The notes: generated from the letters alone by a model not told the origin. A stretch of DNA of 62,941 nucleotides, filler included, from Reticulomyxa filosa (GCA_000512085.1; 18 parts of 18 records of this genome joined end to end with filler, not necessarily neighbours in it), one strand, 5' to 3'. Counted from the whole stretch's first letter, positions 37,568-52,120 are shown. Made by a program: numbers and translations.

Positions 37568-39098
37568 TTATGGAGCAGTAACGTTTTGAGTATTTTTGAT
37601 GTTTAAATTATGCCTCCATATTTTTCGAAGGGCTCTTCTTTTTTGAAGAGTTTTCGGATTGCATCTTTTTTCCAACTCTCGTATTAATTTGCGAAACAGT
37701 TGTTGTTTGTGATGTGAAGTGTGTTGTTGTTGTGAATCTGATTGTTGTTGCTGATGATGCGATTCTTTGTGAGCCCGTTGCGTTAAGTGTTTGGGAATTT
37801 TTCCAAACAACTTACATTTCATTTTCATGTCCCACTCATAATTGAGTTGTTTGACAATTTCACGATCACTCAAAATGGTTGCATTGGGGTTGGATTTTAG
37901 CATATCAATTTGCACGTTATGTCTCAGGATATATTCTTGATGTCGCTTGATCAATTCTTGGCGATTTTTGTCATCACTTTTGAGGTTTAACGATTTCAAT
38001 ATCGACTTCAAGTCTTTTGTCGGCAACTGATTGTACACTAGAAATGGCAAAAATTTTATGGGCTGAGAAGAGGAAGAAAAAGAAGATGATGATGATAATG
38101 ACAATGATGAAGTCACATTTCCACCATGTTTTGTCGTCTCACTATTGTCAATGTTATTCCTAGGGGTCCTTTCACACTCATCTAAACTTCCACATCCATT
38201 TGTGTTAAAAACAAGCAAATAAAAAAAAAAAAAAAGATTTTATTATTATTATTATTATTATTTGTTTGTTTGTTTAAATTAAAATCTTATTTTTTTTTTT
38301 TTATTACTTTTTTTAAATTTTTTTGCTGCGTCAGCAAACACAACTCAAAGGTGTTTTTGCAGGATAAGTGCGATTGTTCTTGTCATCAAAACACTGTTGC
38401 TGGGAACGGAGCGTGTGTGCCTTATGCAGGTGATGTATATCTGATAAAGGGCGGTCATTCTTTTGCGCCAGACATTGGTCGAGATGACTGTTAATGAAAG
38501 CTTTGGAAATTGCTTGGGCACAAATCGGACATGTCACGTGATTTTTTATATACCTTTTTTCAACATTTGCTTTTGCAACATGACCAACACTTGTTGGTGG
38601 CGCAACAATCGCTTTTGGCTTTTTTAAAAGTGGTTCATTGCAAATTTCAATTTCACTATCGCTGGTTTCATTCTCTTTGTTGACATGTTCTTTTTCTTTT
38701 GATCCGTCTCCATCGTTGTTATCTTTCATGTCCGTGCTTGACATTTCCATATATGTCCTCTTTTTTTGATGCTGGCTTGATTCATGTGCATTTTTGTTTG
38801 CGCTCGCACTGATATAAAGGCTATTGGCAGTGCTGCCTTTGTTGCTTTTGTGTTTCAATATTATTTGATCGATTATACGGTTGCACAATAATTGAGAAGA
38901 CATCACCTTGCTTTTGCAAATTGGACATTTCGATTCTACTGTCAAATGTCGGCGAATGCACACAGAACAAAAATTGTGAGAACATGGCAACATCACTGCT
39001 GCTTCAAACACTTTCTGGCAAATGGGACATTTGATCAATTCCTCCAAAAATGAAAAACACTCCAAATCGAGCTCTTTCATATTGACCATTTCTCCCAT
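37568..39098 (-). CDS. RAD18: RAD18 E3 ubiquitin ligase (RING-UBZ4-SAP)
   Basis: RING CPICQKVF...PCSHNFCSVCIRRHL...CPIC; UBZ4 CPICAQAISKAFINSHLDQC; SAP LVYNQLPTKDLKSILKSLNL...RQELIKRHQEYILRHN. Confidence 0.92.
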
Positions 39099-39401
39099 TG
39101 ATGAAATAATGTCTCGTTGGTTTAAAAAATATAGGAAAAATGGCAAAAAAAATTTTGTAATTCTAAGCTCTTCTCCCCTCCGTCCCACTAGTAGATACAG
39201 AAAAATGCAAGATTTGATAGGTTACGCATATATTTTTATTTTTTTGTGGCCGCCTTTAAAAAAATAGAAATTGATGCAACAATGATGAATTATGAATGTT
39301 TTTTAGGTACTGTTAATTCATGAAGATAAAATTAGGTGATTGCATGGCATTTGAGATTTTTCTACACTTAAAACAATCGTAAAAGACATAATTATTATCT
39401 C

Positions 39402-41329
39402 ATGGGAGCTTGTAAAAGTCAGCAATTTGATAATTCTGACAACTTGAAGCGTCGGCCATCAAAAAAGATGCCTAGCAACCGTTATAATAGCACTAGTTTG
39501 CCTCCATCAGTTTTACACCAAATGGAGATTAAACAGCAAAGAAGACGGCTGTCGGTGTCCCCTGATCATGTTTATATGCATTTTGCTTAGATACATTTAC
39601 TACTTTCTCACTTCTCAGACCTAACTTTTTTAAATATGCATAGAAACAAATATATGTTTGTGAGTTAACAAGGAAAAATAAATGCAATAAATAAGGAAAG
39701 TTGTTTTGTTTGATAACTTATTTTACAAAAAGGTTGGTGACATTTCCCAAGCCACTTTTCGTAGACAAATCAGTAAGTGAGCCCAAAACACATTACCACG
39801 GAAATGAAAGAAACACGTGGCCTTATCAAGCATCTACTCAAAAATTCATTAAAGGATAATGAAATTAAACCATTTGTCGTAGTTTCAAAAAAAGGATATA
39901 TCCCGCACAACAAAAAAAAGTAAATCAAGACATTTATTTTTGCCACTACAAATTTGGACCTAATAAAGACTGTCATTTATTTGGAGTTTGTGATGGACAC
40001 GGAGAATATGGACATAGGGTTTCACAATATGTCGCAAAAAAATTGCCAAAAAATATCTTAAATACTGAATTTCAAGCCAAGCCAATGTTTCGGATGCAAC
40101 TCAAAAAAAAAAGCTTTTATTTTGGAAACTTTTCTTTCAAGTTGCTACGTTTCTGCTTCTTCTTCGTTTGATGTGCACTTACACAGAGAGTCAATAAAAC
40201 AAGCTGTTACAAAAACATGTGCGGATTTAAAAACCAGTCGGATCAACACAAATTTTAGGTGTGTCATAAACGTAAATTTGTTTTTGACTTAAGGCAACCA
40301 GATTTGCTATGTTCAAAAAACGATTATAGTGGCACAACATTAGTATTTTCCCTTTTCGTCAACGATGTTATTTATACTGCTAATTTGGGCGATAGTCGTG
40401 CAGTACTTTTACGACAAAAGAATAAGACCCACAATGCGTCAATCAAGGGAAATAATTCAAATAAAAATACATTATGCCAAATAGAAACTAAACTAATGTC
40501 ACCAAAAAACAATAACTGTGCAGACATAGCTCTGCAAGTTGATACAAACAACAGAAGCAAGCTAGGCCTAGTAGAAATCTCTGATTTGGAGTTAGTATCA
40601 AGTGTTGACGCAGCGTCGCTAAGTTCAACAGTGTTTCTTTTGTGGAAAAAAAGGGAAGAAGAACCTTAACTATCATTTAAAAAAAAATAAAGTAAATCTA
40701 ACAAGTCCAATCTCGAAGAATGAAGATGCACAAACGAAATGGAACGCAGCTAAATCTCCGATTGCTGATATTCCATTTCCAACAAATTGTCAAGTGATTG
40801 CCTTGTCTCGAGACCACAAACCTGACATTGAGGAAGAAATGAAGAGAATAGTATCTCATGGAGGTCGTGTAAAACCTCTGCAAGGATTAGACGACAGCTT
40901 GGGACCCAGTCGAGTGTGGTTAACAGATATCGATATTCCAGGTCTCGCAATGTCACGATCTTTAGGGGATGATATCGCTCACACAGTGGGAGTGTCGTCT
41001 GAGGTTGAAATATCCGTTCATAGGATTGACTCGACTAATGATTTATTCATCATTTATGCCACTGACGGTATTTGGGAATTTATATCCAATGCACAAGCAA
41101 CTGCAGTTAAAATATTTTTTTTGCAAAGACTATTTTCTCTTAACTATTGAAAGATTGCCTTTTTCCTTCTCCTTTGTCTCCTTTCTTTCAACAGATTGTC
41201 AATGAACATTTTCCCAACCTTCGAGCAGGAGCAATGGCTTTAGCCAAATTAGCCATTAAAAAGTGGCGAAAAGAAGAAGATGTTGTTGACGATATTACTG
41301 CAATTATCTATAAAATTCAACCCGATTGA
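39402..41329 (+). CDS. PP2C/PPM protein phosphatase, multi-exon, with homopolymer frameshifts
   Basis: NQD, LFGVCDGHG, SGTT, YTANLGDSRAVL, LSRDHKPD, GLAMSRSLGD, ATDGIWEFIS, DDITAII. Confidence 0.93.
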
Positions 41330-42113
41330 CAAGCTTTGCAATTTGTTTTATTTGTAATATTAAAGGTTTATCTTTTAAAAAATGCGTAACACTGTTCAAT
41401 AATATTTTTTTGAAATTACCTAGATTTTGTATAATATACAAGATATACTTTTCAAAAATTACGAAAACAGCAATTATTAGAACTGGCATATACAATTAAT
41501 TTTTTTTATTCTTCTAGAACGCTAACCGCAACAATCATAAAATAGTTGAATTAACAAATACTTCAGAAAAATACTCTACATTGCAAACAGCAAGAATAAA
41601 TTGCAACTAAAAAACAGTAAGAGATCTTTTTTGTTGGTATTTTAAAGAAAAATAGAAGTATCAAATCCAATTGAGAAATATAATAAAAAACAAAAATGCA
41701 GTTATATATAAAAAACGAAAATAAGACTGCCAACCAAATAGAATATCCCTGTCAACTTTAGGAAATCTATTTTCTCCATCGGCACATTTCGAACTATACG
41801 ACGCTGAAAAGCAAAGTGGTCATGTATTTATATTTCTTCTGGTAAACAAACTAAAGGAAATTAATTAAAAGCTTTCGAGAGAAAATCCAAAATTAAATTT
41901 ATTTATAATTTTTTGCTATTGAAAACATAATAAGCAGACCATCGACGAATTTAAAAACAAAGTTTTACTATGCTTGTGTCATGGCCATAAACTAACGCTT
42001 GTCATTTTGTTGAAAGGAGAACTCCCTGTTTGGGGCATAGTTTGCAAGTTTGTAGGGTCACTTTGAACTAAAAAAGCGTTGGTGAAAACAAAAACTTATC
42101 TACTGATACAATA

Positions 42114-43303
42114 ATGGCGTCAACACGTTTAATTGGCACCGTAGTTGGTTTGGGAGTATTTGGATCAATATTAAATGCTAGCATGTACAATGTCGACGCT
42201 GGACACAGAGGTTTGCAACGTTCTAAAAAATTTTTTTTTTGGTCTCGTAATTTCCATCATTTTCTCAGTAGCGAAAAAACACAACACAACAAAAGCGGTA
42301 ATTTACGACCGATTCCAAGGAGTCAAAAACACCGTAAAGGGCGAGGGAACTCATTTATTAGTTCCAGTATTGCAAAGACCAATAATCTTTGATGTCAGGT
42401 GTGCAATTGTGTGTTGTGTTTGAAGAGTATGATTGAGAATAGTGGTTTACGAGTTTTTTGTTGAAGCGAAAACAAAACAACAATAAAAAAATTAAATAAA
42501 ATAAGAACAACTCCTTATTCTGTGAAAGATCAACGAGCAAGCACACAAGATCTCCAACAGTCATACATATCGTTGCGAGTGCTATCTCATCCAGCTGTTT
42601 CAAAATTACCCCAAATCTACAGTGACATCGGTGAAAACTACAATGAAAAAGTGCTTCCATCAGTTGCTCAAGAAATATTGAAGTCAGTGGTTGCGCAGTT
42701 TAATGCGGACCAATTGCTGACACAAAGAGAGGAAGTTAATAGATTTTTAAAATTTTTTTCTTAATTCAATCCTAGAATTATTTTTAACTTGTGTTATTGA
42801 AAGGTGTCAATGCTCATTCGTGAAAATATGGTTGAAAGAGCAAAAGACTATAACATTGTCATTGACGATGTCGCCATTGTTAAGTTTTTTTTTTAATTTG
42901 CTTTGTTTCTACAAGTTTTTTAAGTTACGTATAACTCTAAATTTTTTTTATTACTTACCCTCTCCTCTTGCTGGTCCACGCCCCCAATGGAAAATAGACT
43001 CAACTGTTCTATTCAAAAGAGTTTATGAAAGCCGTTGAGTTGAAACAAGTCGCCCATCAACAAGCTGAACGATCAAAATTCATTGTCGCAAAAACAGAAC
43101 AAGAAAAACAAGCGGCAATTATTCGAGCTCAAGGTGAAGCCGAAGCCGCCAAATTGATTTCGGACAACATCGAAAAAGCTGGACGTGGCTTGGTGGAAAT
43201 CAGAAAAATTGAAGCTGCCAAAGAAATTGCCCAAACTTTGGCCAATGCCTCCAATATTACTTATTTGCCAGGAAATGGCAATGTTTTGTACCAGTTGCAT
43301 TAG
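42114..43303 (+). CDS. PHB: Prohibitin (PHB1 type), multi-exon
   Basis: [20 protein letters not shown]...[75 protein letters not shown]. Confidence 0.95.
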
Positions 43304-45342
43304 ATTTGCAAAAAAAAGTTTTCTTTTTCAAAAATCTATGAAAGTGGTACGGTTATGGGACCAAATTCAATTTTTTCAATCATTCAATTCCAATTAATTT
43401 TTTCAAATGGTTCATTGCAATTTCTATACTTGTTGTGCGATATCATTGTCTGAGACAGTTTTTAAATCCAAATGGTTCATTTGTGACAAGATAAATTTCT
43501 TCCTTAATTGCAATGGACATTTATGTTTTAGCATTGAGATATACAATCACTAAATACTGACAGAGTGCACAAAGAAAAAGGAGAAAACAATTTTCTTCAG
43601 CTAGTGATGCATTTAAATAGGACACTATTGTTATTCTTAAAAAAAAGAAACAATAAACTTGTGAAATTTTTTTAAAAATGTTTTGTTCTTTTTATTGGAA
43701 TTCTTATTAATAATTGGAGTTAATCCCTTAATGTTACACACTTTCACATAACTTTTCTATTATTTAGCTTCCACGTGTAACGTTGTACATTTTTTAGTTA
43801 CTTTTAAATTATCAATGGTATGACAAAACAACTAAGACTGATAAGTGGAAATAATAAAAAATGTTTTATAAAAAGTTTGATTCATGTAACATGAATATAT
43901 AATTAGATTTCAAAATTAAAATTATAATTATGATCTAAAAAATATTTGTTGGAGCTAATGAGATTTAATATATTTTCTTTTTTTTATATTTAACACAGTG
44001 TGTAATATAAGCAAATATATGTATACTTGTTATAGTATATGCATTACACTTCTTTTTTTTTTTGGAAAAAACATTTTAATTTTACAGTATCAAATCGATT
44101 AAAAAACAGATGTGAATAGGAAGAACACATTTTATAATTAATCTTATCACTTAATTATTTATTGTTGAGTGATAACAATATGAATGTAACAAAATTGATT
44201 TGATCATGATAATATCCAGCAAAAAACTTTGACTTGTTATTATAACACTTTATTACTGTTTTTTTTCCTCTTAAATATGATTTAGGAGATAAAGATGTAA
44301 ATAGGATAGTCCTTTAGATATCTTGTTTATTAAAAAATAACGAAAACTTAATGAGAAGAGCAATTGAATAATTAATTAACTTAATATTAAATTATAACAA
44401 AAATTAAAAAATATTGCAAGGGTAACAAAAAAAAGAAGTAAAAATCGCATAAAAAAAGATGATAAAGTGCATGATACAACAAATTATAATGATAATCTGG
44501 TATAACAATTATTTAAAGTAATTTTTAAGCTAAACAAAAAAATGAATAAAAGAGGATCAGAAAAATTGAACAAAACAGGGACAAGGTGCTTCAATGAATT
44601 TTAACACTGCATTTCACTAAATCTATGAAATGTATTTATGCAAAATTTTTATATAAATGACTGAATAAAAGTCAAAGATCATACATAAACATGAACAAAA
44701 AAAGGAAATAATCACCGAAACAAAATATAAGAACACAAGAGAATTTAGCCGGGAAACGAGTAAGAAGGTTCCTGAAAAAAAGAACTACAAGTTCCCTTGG
44801 CAGACATTTTTAAATGGTTTGGGAACGATAGCTAACGTCTTTAAGGAGAGTGCGTAATATCAACAACTTGAGCAAGGGAAAATTTTACATTTAACTAGTT
44901 TTTACTACTGTTGCAACAATTTTGAAAAGAGAACCTGAAAACTTTCTTTTGATATGAGAATGTTCCAAGAACAGGTTCTGACATACAGCTACAAACCAGC
45001 TCCTTCCATTCATATTGAGAAACAGTGCAAAATTGTGCTAAACAGAAACAAGGAAAAAATGTTAAATATGAATGTTTTCAACCGTAAATATTAAATTTCA
45101 GAAGTAATAAAACTAAAGACCCGAAGAACAAAAAAGTTCACTTATATTGAAGTTTAAATGTCATGCAAACGCCAGTGTTAGCTTTGAATCGTTCTCGGAG
45201 GAGGTGCATCTTGCTTGTCTTTTCTCAATTCTCCTCTGACCATACCAAATAAATAAAATTTGTACGCGTTCACAGGCGCAGCAGCCGCAAACCGATCGAT
45301 GCCGACGGAACCAGACAAAACGAGTGCGTAGCTGATGAGAAA

Positions 45343-47210
45343 ATGAGCCAAGGAGTTGAAAGCACTCCAAACTCAGAAAATAAAACCGCCCCCCCTAAGA
45401 TTACTGCTTTGAGCCTTACGCACACTTCAGAGACTCAATCAGGTGGAAATGAGACAAGCGAGCATGAACGCCAGGCAAAGACAATCAAAGAAAGCAGAAG
45501 CGCCAATGCAAGCGCGACGGTTTGTTTAGAATTGCAAAAACAAGACAACAAAGACGAATGCAATTCACCAAAGGTATCGAAAAAGATAAAAGAAAAAGAC
45601 AAAAGAGCGCGACAAAAGACAACAAAAAAAACAAGCAAATCACGAGTCGCTGTCGGCGACAATGCCCTTCTCCCGAAAGATCACACAACACCCGTTCAGA
45701 TCATCAAAAAGAAAAAAGACCTAACCATTGCCGATATCCTTAATGGTTTAATCTCAAAAAAAAAAAAAAAGTGTCACATAAAAACATGAAATATTTTGCC
45801 TCTTTTTTTTTTTTTTAAAAAAAAGACTGACTCTTTTTTTTTTTTTTTGACTTTTAACAAGGAGAGGATACTTTTTTTTTTTTGGGTAATGAATCAGAAT
45901 GAGTGACAAAAATAGTGAAAACAAAAAATTAAAAGACGAAGTAATGTGCTCAGAAAAGATCTTTGACCCGGCGACATTGCCAAAGACATATCCGGAGCAG
46001 ACTTGCATCAGGAGCGAAGGACAGGACAAAACGCCGACGACCAAGTCAAGGATACAAAGAGGAGGAAAAGGATCTTCAAAGAATCGACTTAACGCGAACG
46101 ATGAAGATTATGTTCCAGCGTGGGCCAAGCAATATCGCACAAAAGACTTGATTGCCAAACCAAAGTCAAGGAAACGCAAACACGAAGCAGTTGATTCGCA
46201 GCCTTTGGAAAATGAGTTTTCTTCGCCCCCAAAAAAACGCAAAACACACACGGCTAAGGCGAGTTCATCCCTTGTTAAAGATTCTTCTCGTTTAGTTGTT
46301 GTTTTTTTCTATACCATGTATATATGTGTATGCGTATTTGTATACGTGCTTGTGCAAAAGAGACACATACAAAAAGAGGGACAACGAATAATACCTCTTC
46401 CAAATCGAACCAACAAAATAAAAATAAAGAAAGGATTTCTCCGATCAATGAAAGCCGTGTTGAAAGTACACGACGTTCTCAACACCGAAAGAAAAGACAG
46501 CAAAGCGGTGCCCTTTCTCGCACGTCATCCACTTCCGTATCCGAACGCAATTCAGGCGCAGGTGTATCCACACCTACTTTGCATCGTCATCCAAAGTCGA
46601 GTGCAAAGGCCGAATTAACGACCCCTAACAAGGTTATTGCCGAATCGCCATCTTCCATTCGATCCCAACGTGTCAATCGATTGACCGATAAAACATATTC
46701 GGACTTATTGGTTATAACTGTTCCTTTATTTATTTATTTTTTTTTTTTTTTAAATAAATTATCCTTTGATTGTGCAGCTGGACTTGATAATGAAACGACA
46801 TTCACACCAACTCGAAACTTTTTTTAAACAAGTGAATATTACCTACTATCGATGGCAAATGGAAGAAACAAACACTTTGTTGTTTGATGGGAAGCAGGTT
46901 AACATCCTTGGATTTTTAAGTTTGCGCTGTGTGTTTTTTTTTTTTTTTGCTGACGAAGCAAAGTTTGAAAAACAAAAAGAACGTACAAAACACTCAATAT
47001 ATTTAGAAAGCCGACGGACTGAATGAAACAATGATCGTTTTGCTGCTACGTCATGGAGCAAATCCTTGTCAAGTAAATGCGGATGGATTGTCATCATTAT
47101 TCATGATCACACATTACTCCAAGTGTGCAAATGTGTTGCAACAAATGATACAAAGTTGTAAAGCAAGCATGGGCGAGGATGAACTCAAACATGAGCTGTC
47201 AAGAGTCTAT
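45343..47210 (+). CDS. Basic low-complexity (probably nuclear) protein with ankyrin-like repeat(s), 3'-partial
   Basis: Consecutive exons with NLS-like PPKKRK and RKRK. The last exons contain IVLLLRHGANPCQVNADGLSSL (ankyrin-like). Confidence 0.5.
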
Positions 47211-47342
47211 CATTTACCGTTTTAAGTCTTTTTTTTTTTTTTNNNNNNNNNNNNNNNNNNNNNNNNNNNNNNNNNNNNNNNNNNNNTTAATTAATTAANN
47301 NNNNNNNNNNNNNNNNNNNNNNNNNNNNNNNNNNNNNNNNNN

Positions 47343-48952
47343 ACCTCGGTCCTCCAGTATTGACTGTGGAGTCTGCGTGCCATTGGTATCACCACTGTCC
47401 ACGTGCGTACAAAAGTACTTTTCCAAATAAGACTGGCCCTCCAAACTTGTCCAAATACCGAGCTCAATTGTTTTTTGCGAATGCTTTTTGGAATGCCTCC
47501 CTTTTTTAGATTGTTGCATTGTGTCCGCCGACTCACGAGAGGGCTACATCACACAATTGACTCTCATGCACAAAAACATAAACACACGTATACGTACATG
47601 TACTCACACAAGCACAAAATCAGTCACATCATTAAATATATATATATATATATACATATATGTATATATGTATTTGTATATTTATAATTGTATCGAAACT
47701 CCAGCTTGCAAAACGTGTTGAATAGTCGGAATACATGTTCCATTTTGAAGCATTTCTCGAAAAATTTGATGAGTCATTGTTTCGATTTTGAACTTGGGAA
47801 CGTCGTGTGCACACCTTTGCGCCATTGCTTTGGTGTTTTGTTCGGGCATCACCACGAACACGATTTTGTGTGGAAACTCCAGCTGCGGCGTTTCTGGACT
47901 TAACACAACTGTCACTATTTTACTGTACAACTCCCACCAATGAGTGTGTGTATTCGCCACACATACACAAGGGTAATTCTCTGTGTCTTGCAAATATGCA
48001 AACATTTTCTCCTCGCAATAGCTGTGTGCGTTGCCTATTTCTTGTGGGACAAATTGTCCGTCGTGATATTCTTCAAAATATTCATCTGCACTTATGACAT
48101 ATTGCTTTCCATAACGACCATTACACCAACTTGTTTTGCCACTTCCTGGCGCGCCTTTTTTTTTTTTTTTGAACACGTCGTACAATAGAAACATGCTTAT
48201 TCATTTATTATATACATGTGTGTATGTATAAATATATGTTAAAAAAAGTTGCGAATACGCGATATGAGGATAAAAGTAGTGGCTATGAAAATGTGCAAGG
48301 AAAAAGCAAAAAAAATTAATTTTTTTTTTGCGACCAATGGTTAAAACTAAGGTGGGTTGATTTTGAATTGGAAAGACTCTTTCACAATAAATGAAAGGAA
48401 AGTCAACACGAAAGTATGGATTAAAATACTGTTGTTCAAAGTGATAGATTTGATGTGTATTTTGCAAATCTCCAAAAATTTTTTGTTCGGTGATTGACTC
48501 GTGGCTAAATCCAAGCATTTCGAATGTGAGAATAAGCGCATTCGCAGATGGCATGTACTCTACCAAGTAATTCCATGCTATTTGATACGAGTTCAAGAGA
48601 TCAGGTTCAAAGGTGTCTTCCTTTGCTGTTTTGTCGATTTGTCGGACAAAAGCGCCTCTTCCAAGGGAACAGCTTCGTTTGTGATGTTTGTGATGTTTGT
48701 GATGTCTATGGTAATGTTTGTATCGACTGCAATTGTAGCATTGTCATTTGTTGCAGGAACAGTGGTGTGAGTGTGCTCGACAATGATCTCTGCCTGTTTG
48801 AGGGCGTCACTTTCTTTCGCCGAGTACAACGGCGTGGAGACTACACTGACATCAGGTTCTACGGCATCAATCAACGTCTGTTTTTCTTCTGAGATCACTG
48901 ATTTTGATGTCGAAATTGACGCTGATCTGCAACAAGAACAGCAGCCACCCAT
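47343..48952 (-). CDS. P-loop kinase (AAA_33 / N4BP2 / CNPase-like polynucleotide kinase domain) with an N-terminal acylation motif; 3'-partial
   Basis: Removing intron 48155-48334 gives LVLTIGAPGSGKT, followed by ISADEYF, AHSYC, VANTHTHWWEL and RCAHDVPKFKIETM. The N-terminus is MGGCCSCC. Confidence 0.8.
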
Positions 48953-49512
48953 TCGTTCGAAATCTCTGTTGAGGGGGAAAAGTTGTCAAAAAAAGACGCG
49001 AAACTGAACTAGGGTGTATTTGTCCTCTGGATCGAGTGTGGAACAAAAGTTTGCGTGAGAGAATTAGCCTTTAAAAGTAGACAAAAAAAAAACAAAAATA
49101 AATAATCGCTTTGAATAAGAGAAGAGTGTATTGTAAAATCATTTTCAAATGTGTTAAAAATAGCGATCGAAGATAACAGGACTTTTGTACAAAAAAAAAA
49201 AGTCGATTGATCAAAAAAAAAAAAAAAAGAAATTTATTAATTTTTGGGGGGAAAAAAAAATGTAAGTAAACGAGAAGTCTGTAGAAAAGGAGTTGTGGAT
49301 TGATGAAAATATGTTCCCTCATCATCCCAATCCAAGGAAATGCAACACAAGAAGAAAAAAAANNNNNNNNNNNNNNNNNNNNNNNNNNNNNNNNNNNNNN
49401 NNNNNNTTAATTAATTAANNNNNNNNNNNNNNNNNNNNNNNNNNNNNNNNNNNNNNNNNNNNCTATTTGATGCTTTGCTTGCTTGTAAACAAAGTGCAAT
49501 CACAATAATGTC

Positions 49513-50170
49513 ATGGCCATGACACCCATGTTTGCCAATCCATCGCCTTCTCACAATACACCCTTCTTGTGGATGGATCCGATGGTCTCTGCTGCGTCAC
49601 GCGAACAGCACCCCGCCGATAAGGATCGGGATCGAGATCGAGATCGAGGCCGAGATCGAGATCGTGATCGTGACCGTGATCGGAATTACGATCACAAAAA
49701 AAAAGACAAAGAAAAAGACAAAGAAAAAGGCAAAGAAAAACACTCTGCTCATCACAAAAAGAAAAAAGAACCTGCCAAACAAATCTCAGTTTTTCTCATT
49801 TGTTTATTTGACTTATTTACATACACACACACAAATATGTATACATATATATGTATATGTATATGTATGTGTTTGTGTGTGTGTGGACCATAGTTTCGAA
49901 AATGGTTTGAAGAAGAATTCAAAGAACATGCCATGGATAACTGCTTAGAAATTTTAATTGAAAACGGAATCAACACGTTGGCTACATTCAAAATGCTACA
50001 TCTTCACCATTTGGATCATATTCCAGATATCAAAATTGGTTTGCTCTTTTTCTTTTCGCTTTGCTTGCCTTGTCTTTATTGTAACGTCCTACACATTGTG
50101 GGTGCTCTCCTTCATAGGCCACAAAATTGTACTGTCCGCCAAATTGCAAAAATTAAACGCACAGCAATAA
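49513..50170 (+). CDS. RD-repeat + SAM-domain protein, C-terminal part
   Basis: (DR)n tract, then WL...CLEILIENGINTLATFKMLHLHHLDHIPDIKIG|HKIVLSAKLQKL, a SAM-like pattern across an intron. Confidence 0.6.
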
Positions 50171-50458
50171 ATATCCTTTTTCGTGCTGTTGGATTTTTTG
50201 ACATCTTTTTTTTGTAATTGTGTGTTTTTCACTTTTTTTTTTTTTTAAGTTAGAATGGTGTTAATTGGCAAGACGTTTTTTAATATGTGTAATTGGAAAC
50301 ATTGAATTTAAGCAGCAACTATCTTTCAAGTATAAACTCTGGCAACTGTCGAAAGAAGAACCTTGTGAGCTTGCAGAATAAAATAAGTGTTTTTGTAATG
50401 GACTGAAAGCGTGCAGTGACCGAACGACAGAGGAAAGAAAATATTGACAATAATAATA

Positions 50459-50955
50459 ATGCATAGATCCCAATCACTTCCAGCGAGATTGAAAGAGGCT
50501 AAGATCAATCAATCAGCCCTTTTCGATTGGTTAAAAGCAGGTGCGGATAAATTCATAACGTTACCGAAGCCGCTTCCCGTGGAGGAAGGTTTAGAAACAG
50601 ATAAGGTAGCCGCACAAACAGAAGAGCAACAGTCCCCTCCAATAGCCCAGCGACACACAAGTAGCGATTCAATATTGTCAAGTTCCCATGATTCAACTCA
50701 CGAGGCTGACACATTCACGGCTGTCGGCAATGGCGACCTCTTTGCAAAGAGGGCGTCGGAAGACACCACGCATGAGTCGTTATTGTACAAGTGGCTCTTT
50801 GGTCGCACCGACATGTGTCAGCATCGCCACAGTTGCATTGAAAATGCGGTCTATCGCGGTATCGTCAGAACATTCGGTGCAGCGTACATTGTCGCAACTT
50901 CTGCGATGTTCGTTGCCAGGGCCATTCAAAATCGCAGATCCAAAACACCCAGTTC
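50459..50955 (+). CDS. TMEM135/Tim17-like membrane protein, first exon (tentative)
   Basis: CQHRHSCIENAVYRGIVRTFGAAYIV resembles the C-x-H...SC motif preceding a TM helix in TMEM135/PXMP4-like proteins. Confidence 0.4.
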
Positions 50956-51219
50956 TAATTTTTTTTTTTTTTTTTTTTTGTGTGTCCCCTACGTTGCTAC
51001 CACATTAAGACACATTATATGTATACGTTGCGCTTTTTTCGGGCGGTTTTTTTTTTTTGTTTGTTTATTTTTAGAAAATTTAGAAAAAACAAAAACAAAT
51101 AAAACAAANNNNNNNNNNNNNNNNNNNNNNNNNNNNNNNNNNNNNNNNNNNNTTAATTAATTAANNNNNNNNNNNNNNNNNNNNNNNNNNNNNNNNNNNN
51201 NNNNNNNNTATTTGTTACC

Positions 51220-52120
51220 ATTTTGTTGGTTTTCCTTTGGCATCAATTACGGTTTGGATCCTTCTTGGCATGGATGCAATTAAGTCGTAGCATAGATTTT
51301 TTTCTGTTTTTTCCCAAACTGTTTCGAATTTTTCACATAATTATTGTTTTGTGCGAAATTTCGCATCTTTGTAAAGTTTAATTTTCAATATCCATCACAA
51401 GTTTTCAATTGGATTTAAATCAGTAGAATTTGTTGAAAATTTTATTAACTTTGAGTAATTTTCTTCAAACCATTACATAATATTTTGACTTTTGTAGCAG
51501 ATAGTATTATCTTGTTGTAACAACAAGTCCTTTTCATCTTCTAAACAATACTGTATGCTGTTTAGAATTTCATCACTCAATATTTCTTTATAGATTTCAA
51601 AATTAACTCCACATTTAATCTTGCATGTTCAACACCTTTTGCACCAAAGCAAGCACAAATCATAATGCTACCGCCAAATCTTGACTTTTCCAAGCATATT
51701 TGATACTATCACTTTCACACAAATTAATTTTTGTTTCATCTTAAAAAATAACCTTTTTTCAATTATCGACTGTCCAATTCTTGTATATGTTTGCAAATTC
51801 AAGCCTTTCGACAATATTTTATTATTCTAGTTTTGGTTTTTTTCTTCTTTGTCAAAGCAATTAAACCGTTCTTCTGTTTCGCACCTGCCAGAGACCAAAC
51901 ACCTAACAATTTTACGTCGTATGCGGACTTGAATCTTTTCGAATCTTTCAGATCCTAGCCTTCTGGCAGCAGTGCCATTATTATACAGATTCTACTAGCC
52001 CTTACTGATGCTGGACTAACACCAAATTTTCGAGTAACAGAGCTAAGGCTCGAATAGTTAATAAGTATTCCAATAGCAAAACTTTTTCTAAAAGAATTAA
52101 TATGCTTGCCAATCTCAAAG
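51220..52120 (-). mobile_element. Tc1/mariner (IS630-Tc1) transposase pseudogene
   Basis: Minus strand reads KKKPKL...ERLEFANIYKNWTVDN*KKVIF.DETKINL, FGGSIMICACFGAKG, QQDN, STDLNPIENL, LIASMPRRIQTVIDAKGKPTK, with several stops and frameshifts. Confidence 0.9.

Noticed and set aside
33523-43303. U2-TYW-RAD18-PP2C-prohibitin as a functional gene cluster
   Set aside because: These are unrelated housekeeping genes in a gene-dense eukaryotic contig.
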